Shown here: positions 35,870 through 45,722 of the stretch, one piece after another
Numbering within the stretch: the first letter of the stretch is position 1
How the letters are laid out: each line of letters starts with the position of its first letter
Program-made: the position numbers and the translations under genes
Virus record (IMG/VR): IMGVR_UViG_3300020202_000001
Coordinates: 160,419-224,418 of that record
Length of the DNA: 64,000 nucleotides
Reading direction: 5' to 3' (one strand)
The notes under the pieces: model-generated
Told to the model about the DNA's origin: nothing
Seen by the model: only the letters and a program-made list of their open reading frames with translations
Database searches by the model: none

Positions 35870-37528
35870 ATGAGCCAACAGAATCACCCCGCGTCGTTCA
35901 CGTCCTTCGATGCGTTCAAGCAGGCCGGCGAGAGCCCCCTGCACGCACAGTGGCGGCAGGACCGGACGGTCCGCCACCGCGTCCCCCTCACCGAGGCGTG
36001 GCGCGGCTGCGTCGGCCTCGCGGCGTTGTTCCGCAACGCGGAGCACGCGCTGAACCACGGCGACCTGATGCTGATGCCGAACAGCCACATGCAGTGGCTG
36101 GTCCTGCGGGACGTGCCGATCGGGCACTTCCCCGGCAGCCAGCCGATGAACCGCCGGGACGTGAACCTCGCCTCCCTGGCCCAGGCGGAGTTCCGCTACG
36201 GCATGCCGGTGATCGACTTCACCCGCGACCCGCGTAACAGCTGGGACTTCAAGTTCGAGCCGTCGACGGGGCTGGTCCCGCCGAGCCCGGCCGAACTCGA
36301 CACCCTGGCCAAGCTGGGCTTCAAGCCCGAGGAGATGACGAAGCTCCTGTCCGCCGAGCTGCCCGTGCCGGGCGACACGCTCCACGCGGTCAAGGACGCC
36401 CGCGAGTTCGGCGTGCTGAACAAGCTCAGCGCCGAGATGACCCGGTTCGCGTTCGCGGCCAAGGACCACCAGGGCCGCCCCGTGCGGCCCAGCTGGCACA
36501 AGGCCAAGCCCGAGGGCGTCGGCACCGTCGAGGTGGAGCCGCCGTACAAGTGGTTCCCGTCCTCGTACCTCGGCTTCCCGATCGCCAAGGCCGACCAGAT
36601 CTACTGGGAGGCGACCGAGTCGAAGCCGGAGGGCCACGCGATCATGTGCTCCAAGTGCAAGGAGCACGTCGACGCGAAGGTGTTCCGGTTCCGGGCGAAG
36701 AGCTTGCACGTCCAGACGTTCGAGAGCGGCGACTTCGTGGCCGACTGCCCGGCCTGCCGCCAGCGTCACAAGTGGCACCTGGAGGACATGGTGCCGGCGA
36801 AGATCGTGCGTCACTTCCCGATCGCGTTCAAGGACCGGTTCACCCGGGACCTGGGGGAGGGGCTCCCGCTGCGGAGCGTCGGGAAGAGCGTGTACTGCGG
36901 CCCGCTGCAGTACGCCCGCGAGCGGGACAACGCCAACCTGCCCGACGCGGTCACGCGGTGCGCGGCCGACCTGGTGCCGCACCGGTTCCGGTCCGAGGTG
37001 ACGGGCGACAAGTACCTCGTGTACCTGCCGGCCTTCTCGCGGATCGTGGCCAAGCAGGGCCAGGTGCTCGACGCCGGCGAGGTCTGGGCGTACGGGCTGC
37101 ACGAGAACCCGAGCCCGAGCTGGTCGTCGCAGGACCGGCTGGCGAAGTGGCAGCAGCTCGAAGGCGTCTGCGGCGGGCACGACTACGTCGGCCTGTTCCA
37201 GCAGGCGTGGTTCGAGCACCAGGCCGTCGTCGACGCCGACGCGCCCGGCCAGATCCTGTGGCCGTCCGACCTCGTCGGGCTGGCGGCCAAGGGCATCGAG
37301 CCCACGGGCATCTGGTGGGACATCTGCCCCGCCGGCCGCTTCACGGACTCGGACCTGGACGCGATCGTGTTCCCGCCCCTGCGGGTGCACGAGTGGGACA
37401 AGCTGCGGTTCAGCCTCCCCGGCGACGTCGCCTTGGACGCCGGGATCAACGACGACCGGTTCGACCGCCGGGTCGGACGCGGTGAGCTGAAGAAGCACAA
37501 GGCGCGTCGGGCTACCGTCAAGGCCTGA
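35870..37528 (+). CDS. hypothetical protein with zinc ribbon and possible barrel-sandwich hybrid motif
   Basis: RBS taggag; CSKC...CPAC; LPAFSRIVAKQGQVLDAGEVW. Confidence 0.75.
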   Translation: MSQQNHPASFTSFDAFKQAGESPLHAQWRQDRTVRHRVPLTEAWRGCVGLAALFRNAEHALNHGDLMLMPNSHMQWLVLRDVPIGHFPGSQPMNRRDVNLASLAQAEFRYGMPVIDFTRDPRNSWDFKFEPSTGLVPPSPAELDTLAKLGFKPEEMTKLLSAELPVPGDTLHAVKDAREFGVLNKLSAEMTRFAFAAKDHQGRPVRPSWHKAKPEGVGTVEVEPPYKWFPSSYLGFPIAKADQIYWEATESKPEGHAIMCSKCKEHVDAKVFRFRAKSLHVQTFESGDFVADCPACRQRHKWHLEDMVPAKIVRHFPIAFKDRFTRDLGEGLPLRSVGKSVYCGPLQYARERDNANLPDAVTRCAADLVPHRFRSEVTGDKYLVYLPAFSRIVAKQGQVLDAGEVWAYGLHENPSPSWSSQDRLAKWQQLEGVCGGHDYVGLFQQAWFEHQAVVDADAPGQILWPSDLVGLAAKGIEPTGIWWDICPAGRFTDSDLDAIVFPPLRVHEWDKLRFSLPGDVALDAGINDDRFDRRVGRGELKKHKARRATVKA

Positions 37529-37583
37529 CGCTGTCCTGGGGCCGCCGCCCGTGCGGGGCGGCCCCGCAACAGCCAACGCAAGG

Positions 37584-37624
37584 AAGGCAGGGTGGCCCCG
37601 CGAGGGGCCGCCTTGCTTTTCTTT
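37584..37624 (+). terminator. intrinsic terminator
   Basis: GC-rich stem (tggcccc-gcga-ggggccg core) followed by ttttcttt. Confidence 0.7.
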
Positions 37625-37700
37625 ACCTATCAGCGGAACCTACCCCTTTGTGGGGGAGGGCTCGCGTTGCTAAGATGCCCGGGGCATCGAGGTCAAGGAC

Positions 37701-37724
37701 GATCTAAAAACCGGTTTTGAGAAG
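37701..37724. promoter_or_regulatory. 24-bp palindrome copy between a candidate promoter and the RBS
   Basis: gatcta-aaaa-ccgg-tttt-gagaag; TGC-TAAGAT at 37668-37676 upstream; ATG 37733. Confidence 0.85.
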
Positions 37725-37732
37725 GAACTCCA

Positions 37733-39424
37733 ATGTCCCGAGCAGGCATGCGAAGCTCAGCGGCCGGCGGCCACGTCGCACCGTGGTGGCAGGCGAACAA
37801 CCAGGGCGGCGACAACGACGTCGTCGCCCACACGCCCGACCCGACCAAGTACCACTCGACCAGCTCGGACGGCGACCAGGCGAACAAGCTCGGGCACGGC
37901 CCCCGCGGCCTGATGGGTGCCGTGATCCCCCGGGCACGCAACGACGGCAGCTCCCGCGGCTTCGACCACAACCGCGCGGGCGTCGTCGTCGTCGACCCCA
38001 ACGCCCCGGACGGCGGCGTCGTGCTCGACCTCGACAACCTCCAGAACGCCGAGACGCAGGACGCGCTCGAACAGGTCGGCTACAACGTCGGCTACGGCCG
38101 CGAGACGGACCAGGAGACGTACGCCGCGATCGCGATGCTCAGCAAGCCGATCAGCGAGGCGACGCTGGAGGACGTGACGCCCGAGTACCTGATCGACTCG
38201 GTGGCGTCCGGCCCCGTCAAGCGTGCCGCCGACCAGGCCGTCAACCAGATGCGGTCGAACCGGTACGCCCCCAACTCGTACGTCACCCCGCGGGGCGACA
38301 GCGAGGGCCGCCAGCGTCACGACCTCGGCACCTCGGCCAACCGGCCCGTCCGCCGCCGCGTCGAGCCCGTGCGGGACGAGCCCGTCGCCCGCCCCGCCCC
38401 GCAGCGGCGGGCACCGGCGCACGCCAAGCCCGCGCCGCAGCCCCAGCGCCGGGCGGTCACCCGCCCGCAACCGACAGCCCCGGTGCTCGACGTCGAGCCC
38501 GAGTACGAAGAGAAACTCCCCTACGAAGAGGAAGCACCAGTCATGGCCAAGCAAGGAAGCGCCCGCCCCGCCCAACGCCCCGCCCCGCAGCAGCCGGCCC
38601 GCCGGCCAGCCGCCCGCCCGCAGCCCGTCGCCGAGGAGGTCGAGGTCGACCCGCTGGAGCTGCTGACCAAGCTGGCCGCGTCGCAGGGCATGAAGCTCGC
38701 CCCCGCCCGCCCGCAGCCCCGCCGCCGCGTGGCCGAGCTGCCGCCCGAGGAGGAGGCGTACGACGAGCAGCCGGAGGCGTTCGTCGACGAGGACGAGGAG
38801 ATCCTCGACGAGCAGGAGGTCGACTTCCCGCCCCAGGCCCAGGCCCCTCGCCGGGCTCAGCAGCCGGCCCACCGCCACCCGCCCACGTCGGCGATCCACC
38901 GCCCCGGGACGCCCACGCCCCGCCAGGGCCGCGCCCAGGCCCCGCAGCGTCGCCCGGTGCCCCGCCAGCGGCCGCAGGAGCAGTTCTACGAGGAGGACGC
39001 CCCCGAGGCCGCGCAGCGTGGCCCGGACATGGGCGAGCTGTTCTCCGCCCTGGCCCTGTCGTTCGTCTCGGGCGTCGAGGCGGAGAAGCCGAAGAAGACC
39101 GCCGTGTTCGACCTCGGGCCGGGCGGCATCCTCCGCAAGCGGTACCACGAGATCATCCAAGGTGCGGACTGCGTGGTTCTGGTGTACGATACTCGTTACG
39201 AGGACGGCGAGCAGTGGGTGCCGCCCCAGACCGACGAGGCGTTCACCGTCGCGATCCCGGACGCCAAGAAGGCCGGGAAGCCGGGCGACCCGATCGCCGT
39301 CCGGTCGTTCGGGCTGCAGTTCAGCCTCGGCTGCATGGACGTGATCGTCCTCGTCAACGCCGAGGACGCCGCCCCCGAACACGCCCTGATGGGCGACGCC
39401 GACGAGGAGGACCTGAACGGCTGA
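37733..39424 (+). CDS. hypothetical protein with P/Q/R-rich disordered centre
   Basis: 563-aa ORF; globular ends flank a low-complexity core; precedes the portal-like gene. Confidence 0.8.
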   Translation: MSRAGMRSSAAGGHVAPWWQANNQGGDNDVVAHTPDPTKYHSTSSDGDQANKLGHGPRGLMGAVIPRARNDGSSRGFDHNRAGVVVVDPNAPDGGVVLDLDNLQNAETQDALEQVGYNVGYGRETDQETYAAIAMLSKPISEATLEDVTPEYLIDSVASGPVKRAADQAVNQMRSNRYAPNSYVTPRGDSEGRQRHDLGTSANRPVRRRVEPVRDEPVARPAPQRRAPAHAKPAPQPQRRAVTRPQPTAPVLDVEPEYEEKLPYEEEAPVMAKQGSARPAQRPAPQQPARRPAARPQPVAEEVEVDPLELLTKLAASQGMKLAPARPQPRRRVAELPPEEEAYDEQPEAFVDEDEEILDEQEVDFPPQAQAPRRAQQPAHRHPPTSAIHRPGTPTPRQGRAQAPQRRPVPRQRPQEQFYEEDAPEAAQRGPDMGELFSALALSFVSGVEAEKPKKTAVFDLGPGGILRKRYHEIIQGADCVVLVYDTRYEDGEQWVPPQTDEAFTVAIPDAKKAGKPGDPIAVRSFGLQFSLGCMDVIVLVNAEDAAPEHALMGDADEEDLNG

Positions 39425-39484
39425 GCCGCCGGGTCCGTACTGACAACTGAAGCCTGACCCTTAGCCGACACGGAGGTCGCTACC

Positions 39485-39697
39485 ATGATCGAGAAGAACG
39501 GCGCTATCACGGACGAGACGCCCGAGGAGATCACGCCCGTCAAGGGCACGCCCGGCGGCCGGTTCTACGGCTCGCCCAGCGGGTGTGCCAAGCCCAACTG
39601 CTGCCGCACGAAGGCCGCGAACGACGCCAACAGCTCGCGGACCGACCACGCCGCCACCCGGGCGGCCGACGCGGTGGCCAACGCCGCCCGCAAGTGA
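39485..39697 (+). CDS. small hypothetical protein
   Basis: RBS ggagg, 70 aa. Confidence 0.65.
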   Translation: MIEKNGAITDETPEEITPVKGTPGGRFYGSPSGCAKPNCCRTKAANDANSSRTDHAATRAADAVANAARK

Positions 39698-39753
39698 CTG
39701 AGTAGGACCGGCACGGACTCGCCGGTCACCGCACTCGTTCAAGGACGAACACG

Positions 39754-41682
39754 ATGAGCGCTGGCATCATGCGCGGGATCGGTCGGGGCAGTGGTGGTCT
39801 CGACAACTTCCCCGACCCCTTCCTCGACGTCGCCTCACTCAGCATGCCGCAGTCGATGCGGAACGCGCTGCAGTGGTGCGAGTACATTTACATGTCCCAC
39901 GGGACGTACCGGATGGCCCTTGAGCGGATCATCTCGTACTTCCTCACGGACATCGAGTTCGTCGACGACGAGGCCAGCGACGACGAGAAGGACAAGTGGG
40001 AAGAGTTCATGCGTGACACGCTCGACGTGTTCACGAACCTGCAGTGCTGCTACCGCAACCGGATGTGCTACGGCAACGGCTTCACGAGCGTGCTCGTGCC
40101 GTTCAAGCGGTTTCTGGTGTGCCCGAAGTGCGGCAGCTCCTACCCGCTCAAGGTCGTCTACAACAACAAGGTCTTCAACTTCGCCTGGCAGGAGATGAAG
40201 TTCACGGCCACCTGCCCCGTGTGCAAGGTGGGCCGCGGGTACCGGGGGCCGTGGAAGGTCGACGACAAGCCGGACGACGAGGAGCGGAAGATCCGCATCA
40301 AGCACTGGAACCCGCACGAGATCGAGATCCTCGAAGACTACTACACGAACGAGACCGCCTACCTCTGGCGCATCCCCGAGGACTACAAGCAACAGGTCCG
40401 CAAGGGCAACCTGTACCACCTGGAGCGGGCGAGCGTCCCGGTCCTCGACGCGATCAAGAAGAACCAGATGTTCCGCTTCAACGCGGACGTCATCCACCAC
40501 ATGAAGGAGCCGACGCTCGCCGGCATCCGCAACCGCGGGTGGGGCATCCCCCGCACGCTGTCGAACTTCAGGCAGATCTACTACGTGCAGGTGCTGCGTC
40601 GCTACAACGAAGCGATCGCCCTCGACTACGTCATCCCCTTCCGCCTCATCACGCCCGCACCCCGGCCCGGGGCCGGCGGCGCTGGCGGCGGTGCCCAGAC
40701 GATGGACCCGATGATGGCGTTCAACATGGGCGACTTCCGCTCGTCGGTGCAGTCGATGCTCCGCAAGCGGCGGCGTGACCCGGCGAGCTGGAACGTGCTG
40801 CCCTTTCCGGTGCAGTACCAGATGCTCGGCGGCGACGCCTCGAACCTCGCCCCGGTCGACCTGATCGCCAACGGCACCGAGCAGCTCCTGAACGACGTCG
40901 GCACGCCCGTCGAGCTGTACAAGGGCACGCTCCAGCTCCAGACCGCCCCGGTCGCCCTCCGCCTGTTCGAGGCGACGTGGCACCCGCTCGTGCACGACGG
41001 GAACAACTGGCTGCGGTGGCTGGCCCGCCAGGTCGGCCAGATCATGAGCTGGGAGGTCGTCAAGCCGACCCTGCAGCGCGTGACGATCGCCGACGACATC
41101 CAGAAGCAGATGATGCGGCTGCAGCTCATGATGGGCCAGCAGGTGTCGGGCACGGACGGCCTCAAGAGCGTCGGCCTCGACTGGAAGCAGCAGCAGAAGC
41201 GGATGTCCGAGGAGGCACGCTTCCAGGCCGAGCAGCAGGCCCGCATGCAGGAGGAGATGGACCAGGCGGGCTTCGCCGCACAGATGGCCAAGGGCAACGT
41301 CAGCCCGGGGCCGGGCGGCGGGCCGCAGCAGAGCGGGCCGGGCGGGGCACCTCCGGGACAAGGCGGCGGGGCTCAGGGGGGAGCCCCTGCCGCCGCCCCG
41401 GGCATGATGCCGGGCGGCGGTCCCGTGGACCAGTGGCTGGCGAACATGGGGCCGAACACGCCCGTGCAGCCGCAGGAGATGGTGGCGGCGGCCGACAGCC
41501 TCGCCCAGCAGCTCCTCGGCCAGCCCGAGGGCGTCAAGGACAGCCAGCTCCGGCTGCTCAAGCAGAAGAACGAGGTCATGCACGCGATCGTGCGGTCGCG
41601 ACTCGACACGATCCGCAACCAGGCCAAGACGCAGGGCGGGGCTCAGGTGCTCGCCCAGGCGGGGGGACAAGCCCCGGCGTAA
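39754..41682 (+). CDS. probable portal protein with zinc-ribbon insertion
   Basis: 642 aa, helical core (YRMALERIISYF, GWGIPRTL), CPKC/CPVC insert, Q/G/P-rich tail typical of portals; call is by overall pattern. Confidence 0.5.
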   Translation: MSAGIMRGIGRGSGGLDNFPDPFLDVASLSMPQSMRNALQWCEYIYMSHGTYRMALERIISYFLTDIEFVDDEASDDEKDKWEEFMRDTLDVFTNLQCCYRNRMCYGNGFTSVLVPFKRFLVCPKCGSSYPLKVVYNNKVFNFAWQEMKFTATCPVCKVGRGYRGPWKVDDKPDDEERKIRIKHWNPHEIEILEDYYTNETAYLWRIPEDYKQQVRKGNLYHLERASVPVLDAIKKNQMFRFNADVIHHMKEPTLAGIRNRGWGIPRTLSNFRQIYYVQVLRRYNEAIALDYVIPFRLITPAPRPGAGGAGGGAQTMDPMMAFNMGDFRSSVQSMLRKRRRDPASWNVLPFPVQYQMLGGDASNLAPVDLIANGTEQLLNDVGTPVELYKGTLQLQTAPVALRLFEATWHPLVHDGNNWLRWLARQVGQIMSWEVVKPTLQRVTIADDIQKQMMRLQLMMGQQVSGTDGLKSVGLDWKQQQKRMSEEARFQAEQQARMQEEMDQAGFAAQMAKGNVSPGPGGGPQQSGPGGAPPGQGGGAQGGAPAAAPGMMPGGGPVDQWLANMGPNTPVQPQEMVAAADSLAQQLLGQPEGVKDSQLRLLKQKNEVMHAIVRSRLDTIRNQAKTQGGAQVLAQAGGQAPA

Positions 41683-41688
41683 TTCGAT

Positions 41689-41716
41689 TTGATACGGGCT
41701 CGGCCGAGGGTATGAT
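41689..41716 (+). promoter_or_regulatory. sigma70-type promoter for the glycosyltransferase cluster
   Basis: TTGATA-16 bp-TATGAT. Confidence 0.6.
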
Positions 41717-41791
41717 TGCCCGCCGATCCAGGGCCAATTCAAGGAAGAGGTCACGCCGCGTCCGCCGCTGGCCGGTGTGCCGTCTGCACCG

Positions 41792-42598
41792 ATGCGAGAC
41801 GACGACTGCCCGAACATCCTGGTGATCGTCCCGACCTACGGGGCGTTCGATTACGCACGCAAGACGCTCCAGTCCATGTTCGAGCACTCGAACAAGGAGC
41901 GGGTGGCCGCCGTGGTCGTCGACGACGGCAGCCCCGACTGGCACGACCAGTGGTACAAGGACGTGGGCGGCGGCTCGATCGGGATCATCAACTACTTGAA
42001 CAACGGCGGGCTGACCAAGGCGTGGAACGTCGGGTTCCACTTCGCCTTCGACCAGTGCGCGGAGGCGGCGGACTTCGTCGTCGCCACGAACAGCGACGTG
42101 ATCTTCACCGCCGGCTGGTGGCGGCCGATGGTCCACGCCCTCGAACACGGGTGGGACCTCGTCGGCCCGCTGTCCAACGCCCCGGGTGCCAGCTCCAAGG
42201 GCGTGCAGGACATCAAGCGGTGGGCGAGGGGCGTGGGCACCACCGACACGCGGACCTCGCTCGCCAACGTCCCCCGCATCGTCCAGAAGGCGTACGGCAA
42301 CAACGTCGCCCCGTGCGACGTCAACGGCTTCTTCATGATGGCGAAGAAGTCGACGTGGCTCGCCCACGCCCACGACGCCCCGCTGCACATGTTCCCGCCC
42401 TCGATCGACGTCATGCCCAGCGGCCGGCGGAACCCCACGCCCCTGATGACGGGGCAGGAGGACTGGCTCAACCACAGGATCAAGAAGGCGGGCGGCCGCA
42501 CCGGGGCGTGCACCGGCTCGTACATCTTCCACTACCGCTCGGTCACCCGCGGCGAGCAACACGCGCAGGGGGACTGGCACAGGATGAAGGCAGGATGA
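41792..42598 (+). CDS. family 2 glycosyltransferase
   Basis: ILVIVPTY, VVVDDGSPD, GLTKAWNVG, TNSDV. Confidence 0.85.
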   Translation: MRDDDCPNILVIVPTYGAFDYARKTLQSMFEHSNKERVAAVVVDDGSPDWHDQWYKDVGGGSIGIINYLNNGGLTKAWNVGFHFAFDQCAEAADFVVATNSDVIFTAGWWRPMVHALEHGWDLVGPLSNAPGASSKGVQDIKRWARGVGTTDTRTSLANVPRIVQKAYGNNVAPCDVNGFFMMAKKSTWLAHAHDAPLHMFPPSIDVMPSGRRNPTPLMTGQEDWLNHRIKKAGGRTGACTGSYIFHYRSVTRGEQHAQGDWHRMKAG

Positions 42599-42599
42599 G

Positions 42600-43301
42600 A
42601 TGCTCGTCGTGTACACCGCCATCATCGGCGGCAAAGGACCAGACCGGCTCCGGCCGCTGCCGGTAGCCCGCGACCCGATGGGCCGCCCGGTGAAGTACGT
42701 GTGCTTCACGGACGGCTTCAGCTTCAACTTCACCGACCCGCCCAACCCGCCCGGTGCCCCCGACTGGGAACTCCGCCTCCCGGCGTGGGAGCACGAGGAC
42801 TCGCCCCGCCGCACCGCCCGCTGGCACAAGGTCATGGCCCACCAGGCCCTGGCCGCCGACGCCCCGCACTACAGCCTCTGGCTCGACGGGTCGCACCAGC
42901 TCGACGTCGAGCCGTGGTCGCTCGTCGACCGCTACCTCTCCAGGACGGCGGCGATCGCCACGTTCAAGCACTGCCAACGGGACTGCGTGTACGAGGAGGG
43001 CAAGGCGTGCGTACAGCTCCGCAAGGACGACCCGGCCGTGATCGCCCGGCAGCTCGACCGCTACCGCAAGGAAGGCGTGAAGCCGCACGCCGGGCTGTTC
43101 GAGACCAGCGTGTTCCTCCGCCGCCACCACCAACGGCCCGAGGTCGACCGGTTCAACGAACTGTGGTGGGCCGAGATGACGGCCGACAGCCTGAGGGACC
43201 AGCTCAGCGTGAACTACGCCGCGCGCAAGGTCGGGCTGCCGTACAACCACGTCGCCGGCACCAGGTACAAGAGCCCCTACTTCACCTTCTACCCCCACTG
43301 A
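42600..43301 (+). CDS. DUF616/TOD1-MUCI70-like glycosyltransferase
   Basis: VVYTAIIGG, YVCFTD, SLWLDGS, RDCVYEE, RDQLS. Confidence 0.75.
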   Translation: MLVVYTAIIGGKGPDRLRPLPVARDPMGRPVKYVCFTDGFSFNFTDPPNPPGAPDWELRLPAWEHEDSPRRTARWHKVMAHQALAADAPHYSLWLDGSHQLDVEPWSLVDRYLSRTAAIATFKHCQRDCVYEEGKACVQLRKDDPAVIARQLDRYRKEGVKPHAGLFETSVFLRRHHQRPEVDRFNELWWAEMTADSLRDQLSVNYAARKVGLPYNHVAGTRYKSPYFTFYPH

Positions 43302-43311
43302 GGTGAACCAC

Positions 43312-44382
43312 ATGCGTCTGGGCATCTTCGCACCCTACAACCGTGGCGAGGCGACGGCGATGGCCGTCCGCCTGGCCTTCGCGGCCATGCGCGGCGGCTG
43401 GACCGTCCGCTGGCTCGCCCCCTGCAAGACGGACCGCATCCACCCGTACTGGGACGACAACGTCCGCCTCGCCACCCGCGGCCGCGTGCCCGAGTGGTCG
43501 AGGAAGACGGACTGCCGCGTGTGGTTCGGCCTCGACAACAAGATCCTCCGCCTCGCCCAGTCGGCCAACCACCGGGCCAAGGACATCCTCGTGCCGCCCT
43601 GGCACTCGATCGTCGCCGCCGACCACGCGACGATCGCCGCGTTCAACACGATCGTGTGCCCCAACCGCCCGATGATGCGAGCCCTTGAGGCGGCCTTCGG
43701 CAACCAGGGGGCCTTCCGGGTGTGCGAGTGGCCCAGCGGCATCAAGCCCACGCTCCGCCACGGCTTCCTCCGCCACGGCAGCCCCAAGGCGATCCTCGTC
43801 GCCGACTCGCACACCTGCCGGCACCACGGGCTCGACGTGCTGACGGCCGCCGGCCGCCTGCTGGCCGACATGCCCACGCTCCGGCTCGCCCTCGCCCTCG
43901 ACCTCGCCCCCGACCGCCGGGAGCACGCCGCCCTCCGCCGGCTCATGGCCGACAACGAGGACCGCCTCTCCGCCGGCCTGCGGGTCGGAGTCGACACGCT
44001 GATGTCCGAGATCAACCAGGCCGACTGGCTGGTGGACGCGAGCCTGCGGCACGGGAGCGGGCTGCTCGTCAGCCAGGCCCGGGCGATGGGCGTGGCCCCG
44101 GTGGCGTGGCGGGTCAACCCGATGGACGGCGTGATCTGCGACGACCTGTTGCGGGGCCGCGACGGCCTGCTGGTCGACTGCGGGCACACGACGAGCATGT
44201 GCGGGGCCGAGACGGCCGAGTGGGACACGGACGCCCTGGTGGCGGCCTGCGACGACACGCTGTGCGACCCGCACAAGCTGATCCGCAAGCAGACGTACAG
44301 CTTCCGCCGGGCCGAGATGACGCACGACGAGATCTTCCGGTCCTTCTGGCAGGAGGCCCTGGAAGTGCAGACGGTCCGCTGA
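43312..44382 (+). CDS. GT-B fold glycosyltransferase-like protein (divergent)
   Basis: two Rossmann-like halves; ADWLVDAS...GLLVSQARAMGVAPV resembles the GT4 acceptor loop but lacks the E-x7-E motif. Confidence 0.55.
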   Translation: MRLGIFAPYNRGEATAMAVRLAFAAMRGGWTVRWLAPCKTDRIHPYWDDNVRLATRGRVPEWSRKTDCRVWFGLDNKILRLAQSANHRAKDILVPPWHSIVAADHATIAAFNTIVCPNRPMMRALEAAFGNQGAFRVCEWPSGIKPTLRHGFLRHGSPKAILVADSHTCRHHGLDVLTAAGRLLADMPTLRLALALDLAPDRREHAALRRLMADNEDRLSAGLRVGVDTLMSEINQADWLVDASLRHGSGLLVSQARAMGVAPVAWRVNPMDGVICDDLLRGRDGLLVDCGHTTSMCGAETAEWDTDALVAACDDTLCDPHKLIRKQTYSFRRAEMTHDEIFRSFWQEALEVQTVR

Positions 44383-44410
44383 CTCGCTATTGTCACCCTT
44401 TTGTGGGATA

Positions 44411-44434
44411 GTTTTCAAAACCGGTTTTTAGAAG
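44411..44434. promoter_or_regulatory. palindrome copy upstream of the tubulin gene
   Basis: gttttc-aaaa-ccgg-tttt-tagaag followed by RBS aaggag. Confidence 0.8.
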
Positions 44435-44450
44435 AAGGAGCTTCGCACCG

Positions 44451-45722
44451 ATGTCCAACGACGCAGAACAACGCATGGCCGCCAGCACCGACGCCGCCGC
44501 CCGCAAGCCCGCCGCCGTGGCCGTCTCGGCCCCGCGGCCCCGCCCCGGGATCGCGAACGTGGCCGCCCAGGTCGCCAACGCAAACCGCTCGACCGCCACC
44601 AAGCCCCAGAAGATCGAGGACGCGTTCGACCACGAGGTCGCGTTCCGCTTCGCCTTCCTCGGTGCCGGGCAGGGCGGCGGCCGGATCGCCAACGCGTTCT
44701 ACGAGCTGGGCTACCGCCGGGTGGGCGTGTTCAACACGACCGACTCCGACTTCAACGGGCTGAACGAGGACATCGTCAAGCTGAACCTGAAGACGGGCGG
44801 GTCGGCCAAGGACACCGAGCTGGCCCGCCGCTCGCTCTCGGGCCGGGAAGAGGAGGTCCGCGACCTCCTGACCAAGGCGTGGGGCCAGGACGTCGACGTC
44901 GCCATGATCTCGGCCAGCCTCGGCGGCGGCACGGGCAGCGGCACGGCCCCCGAGCTGGTGAAGATCGCCCGCCAGTACCTCAAGGACCAGGGCAAGCCCG
45001 CCCGCGTCGGCGCGATCGTCAGCCTGCCCAACCGGGCCGAGGGCTTCCAGGTCTGCCGCAACGCCGTGAACGGGTTCAAGGCCCTGCAGGAGATGGGGGT
45101 CAGCCCGCTGATCGTCATCGACAACGCCCGGGTCGAACAGGTCTACCAGCCGTCGTTCACGAAGGTGTTCGCCACGGCCAACCAGACGGCCAGCACCTAC
45201 CTGCACCTGTTCAACCAGCTCGCCGCCGTCCACTCCGAGTTCATCACGTTCGACAAGAGCGAGTTCGCCCAGCTGCTCGACAGCGGGCTCGTCGTGATGG
45301 GCACGAGCGACATCCAGCAGATCGACAGCCCGGCCGACATCAGCTCGGCCATCCGCGACCAGATCGCCGGCAGCGTGCTCGCCCAGGTCGACCTGACCAC
45401 GGGCAACACGGCCGCCTGCCTGTTCGTCGGGTCGCAGGACGTGCTCGACCGCTTCACCACGGCGTACTTCGACGCCGGGTTCACCCAGCTCAACCGTACG
45501 CTCGCCACGAACAAGCCCGAGGGCACGCGGACCGTCGTGCACCGGGGCGTGTACCTCGGGGCCGACCCGGGGCTGCAGGCGTACGTCATGGTCGGCGGGC
45601 TCGCCCTGCCGTTCGCGTTGCTCGCCGATCTGGCCAAGGAGGGCGGTATCCCCGCCGGCGGGGGCGGCAACAGCCGTCTCGCCTCGTACCTGGGAGTGGA
45701 AGACGCACAGGCCCCGAAGTAG
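44451..45722 (+). CDS. tubulin/FtsZ-family GTPase (TubZ/PhuZ/CetZ-like)
   Basis: FLGAGQGGGRIA, signature SLGGGTGSG, VIDN, T7-like FDKSEF. Confidence 0.88.
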   Translation: MSNDAEQRMAASTDAAARKPAAVAVSAPRPRPGIANVAAQVANANRSTATKPQKIEDAFDHEVAFRFAFLGAGQGGGRIANAFYELGYRRVGVFNTTDSDFNGLNEDIVKLNLKTGGSAKDTELARRSLSGREEEVRDLLTKAWGQDVDVAMISASLGGGTGSGTAPELVKIARQYLKDQGKPARVGAIVSLPNRAEGFQVCRNAVNGFKALQEMGVSPLIVIDNARVEQVYQPSFTKVFATANQTASTYLHLFNQLAAVHSEFITFDKSEFAQLLDSGLVVMGTSDIQQIDSPADISSAIRDQIAGSVLAQVDLTTGNTAACLFVGSQDVLDRFTTAYFDAGFTQLNRTLATNKPEGTRTVVHRGVYLGADPGLQAYVMVGGLALPFALLADLAKEGGIPAGGGGNSRLASYLGVEDAQAPK

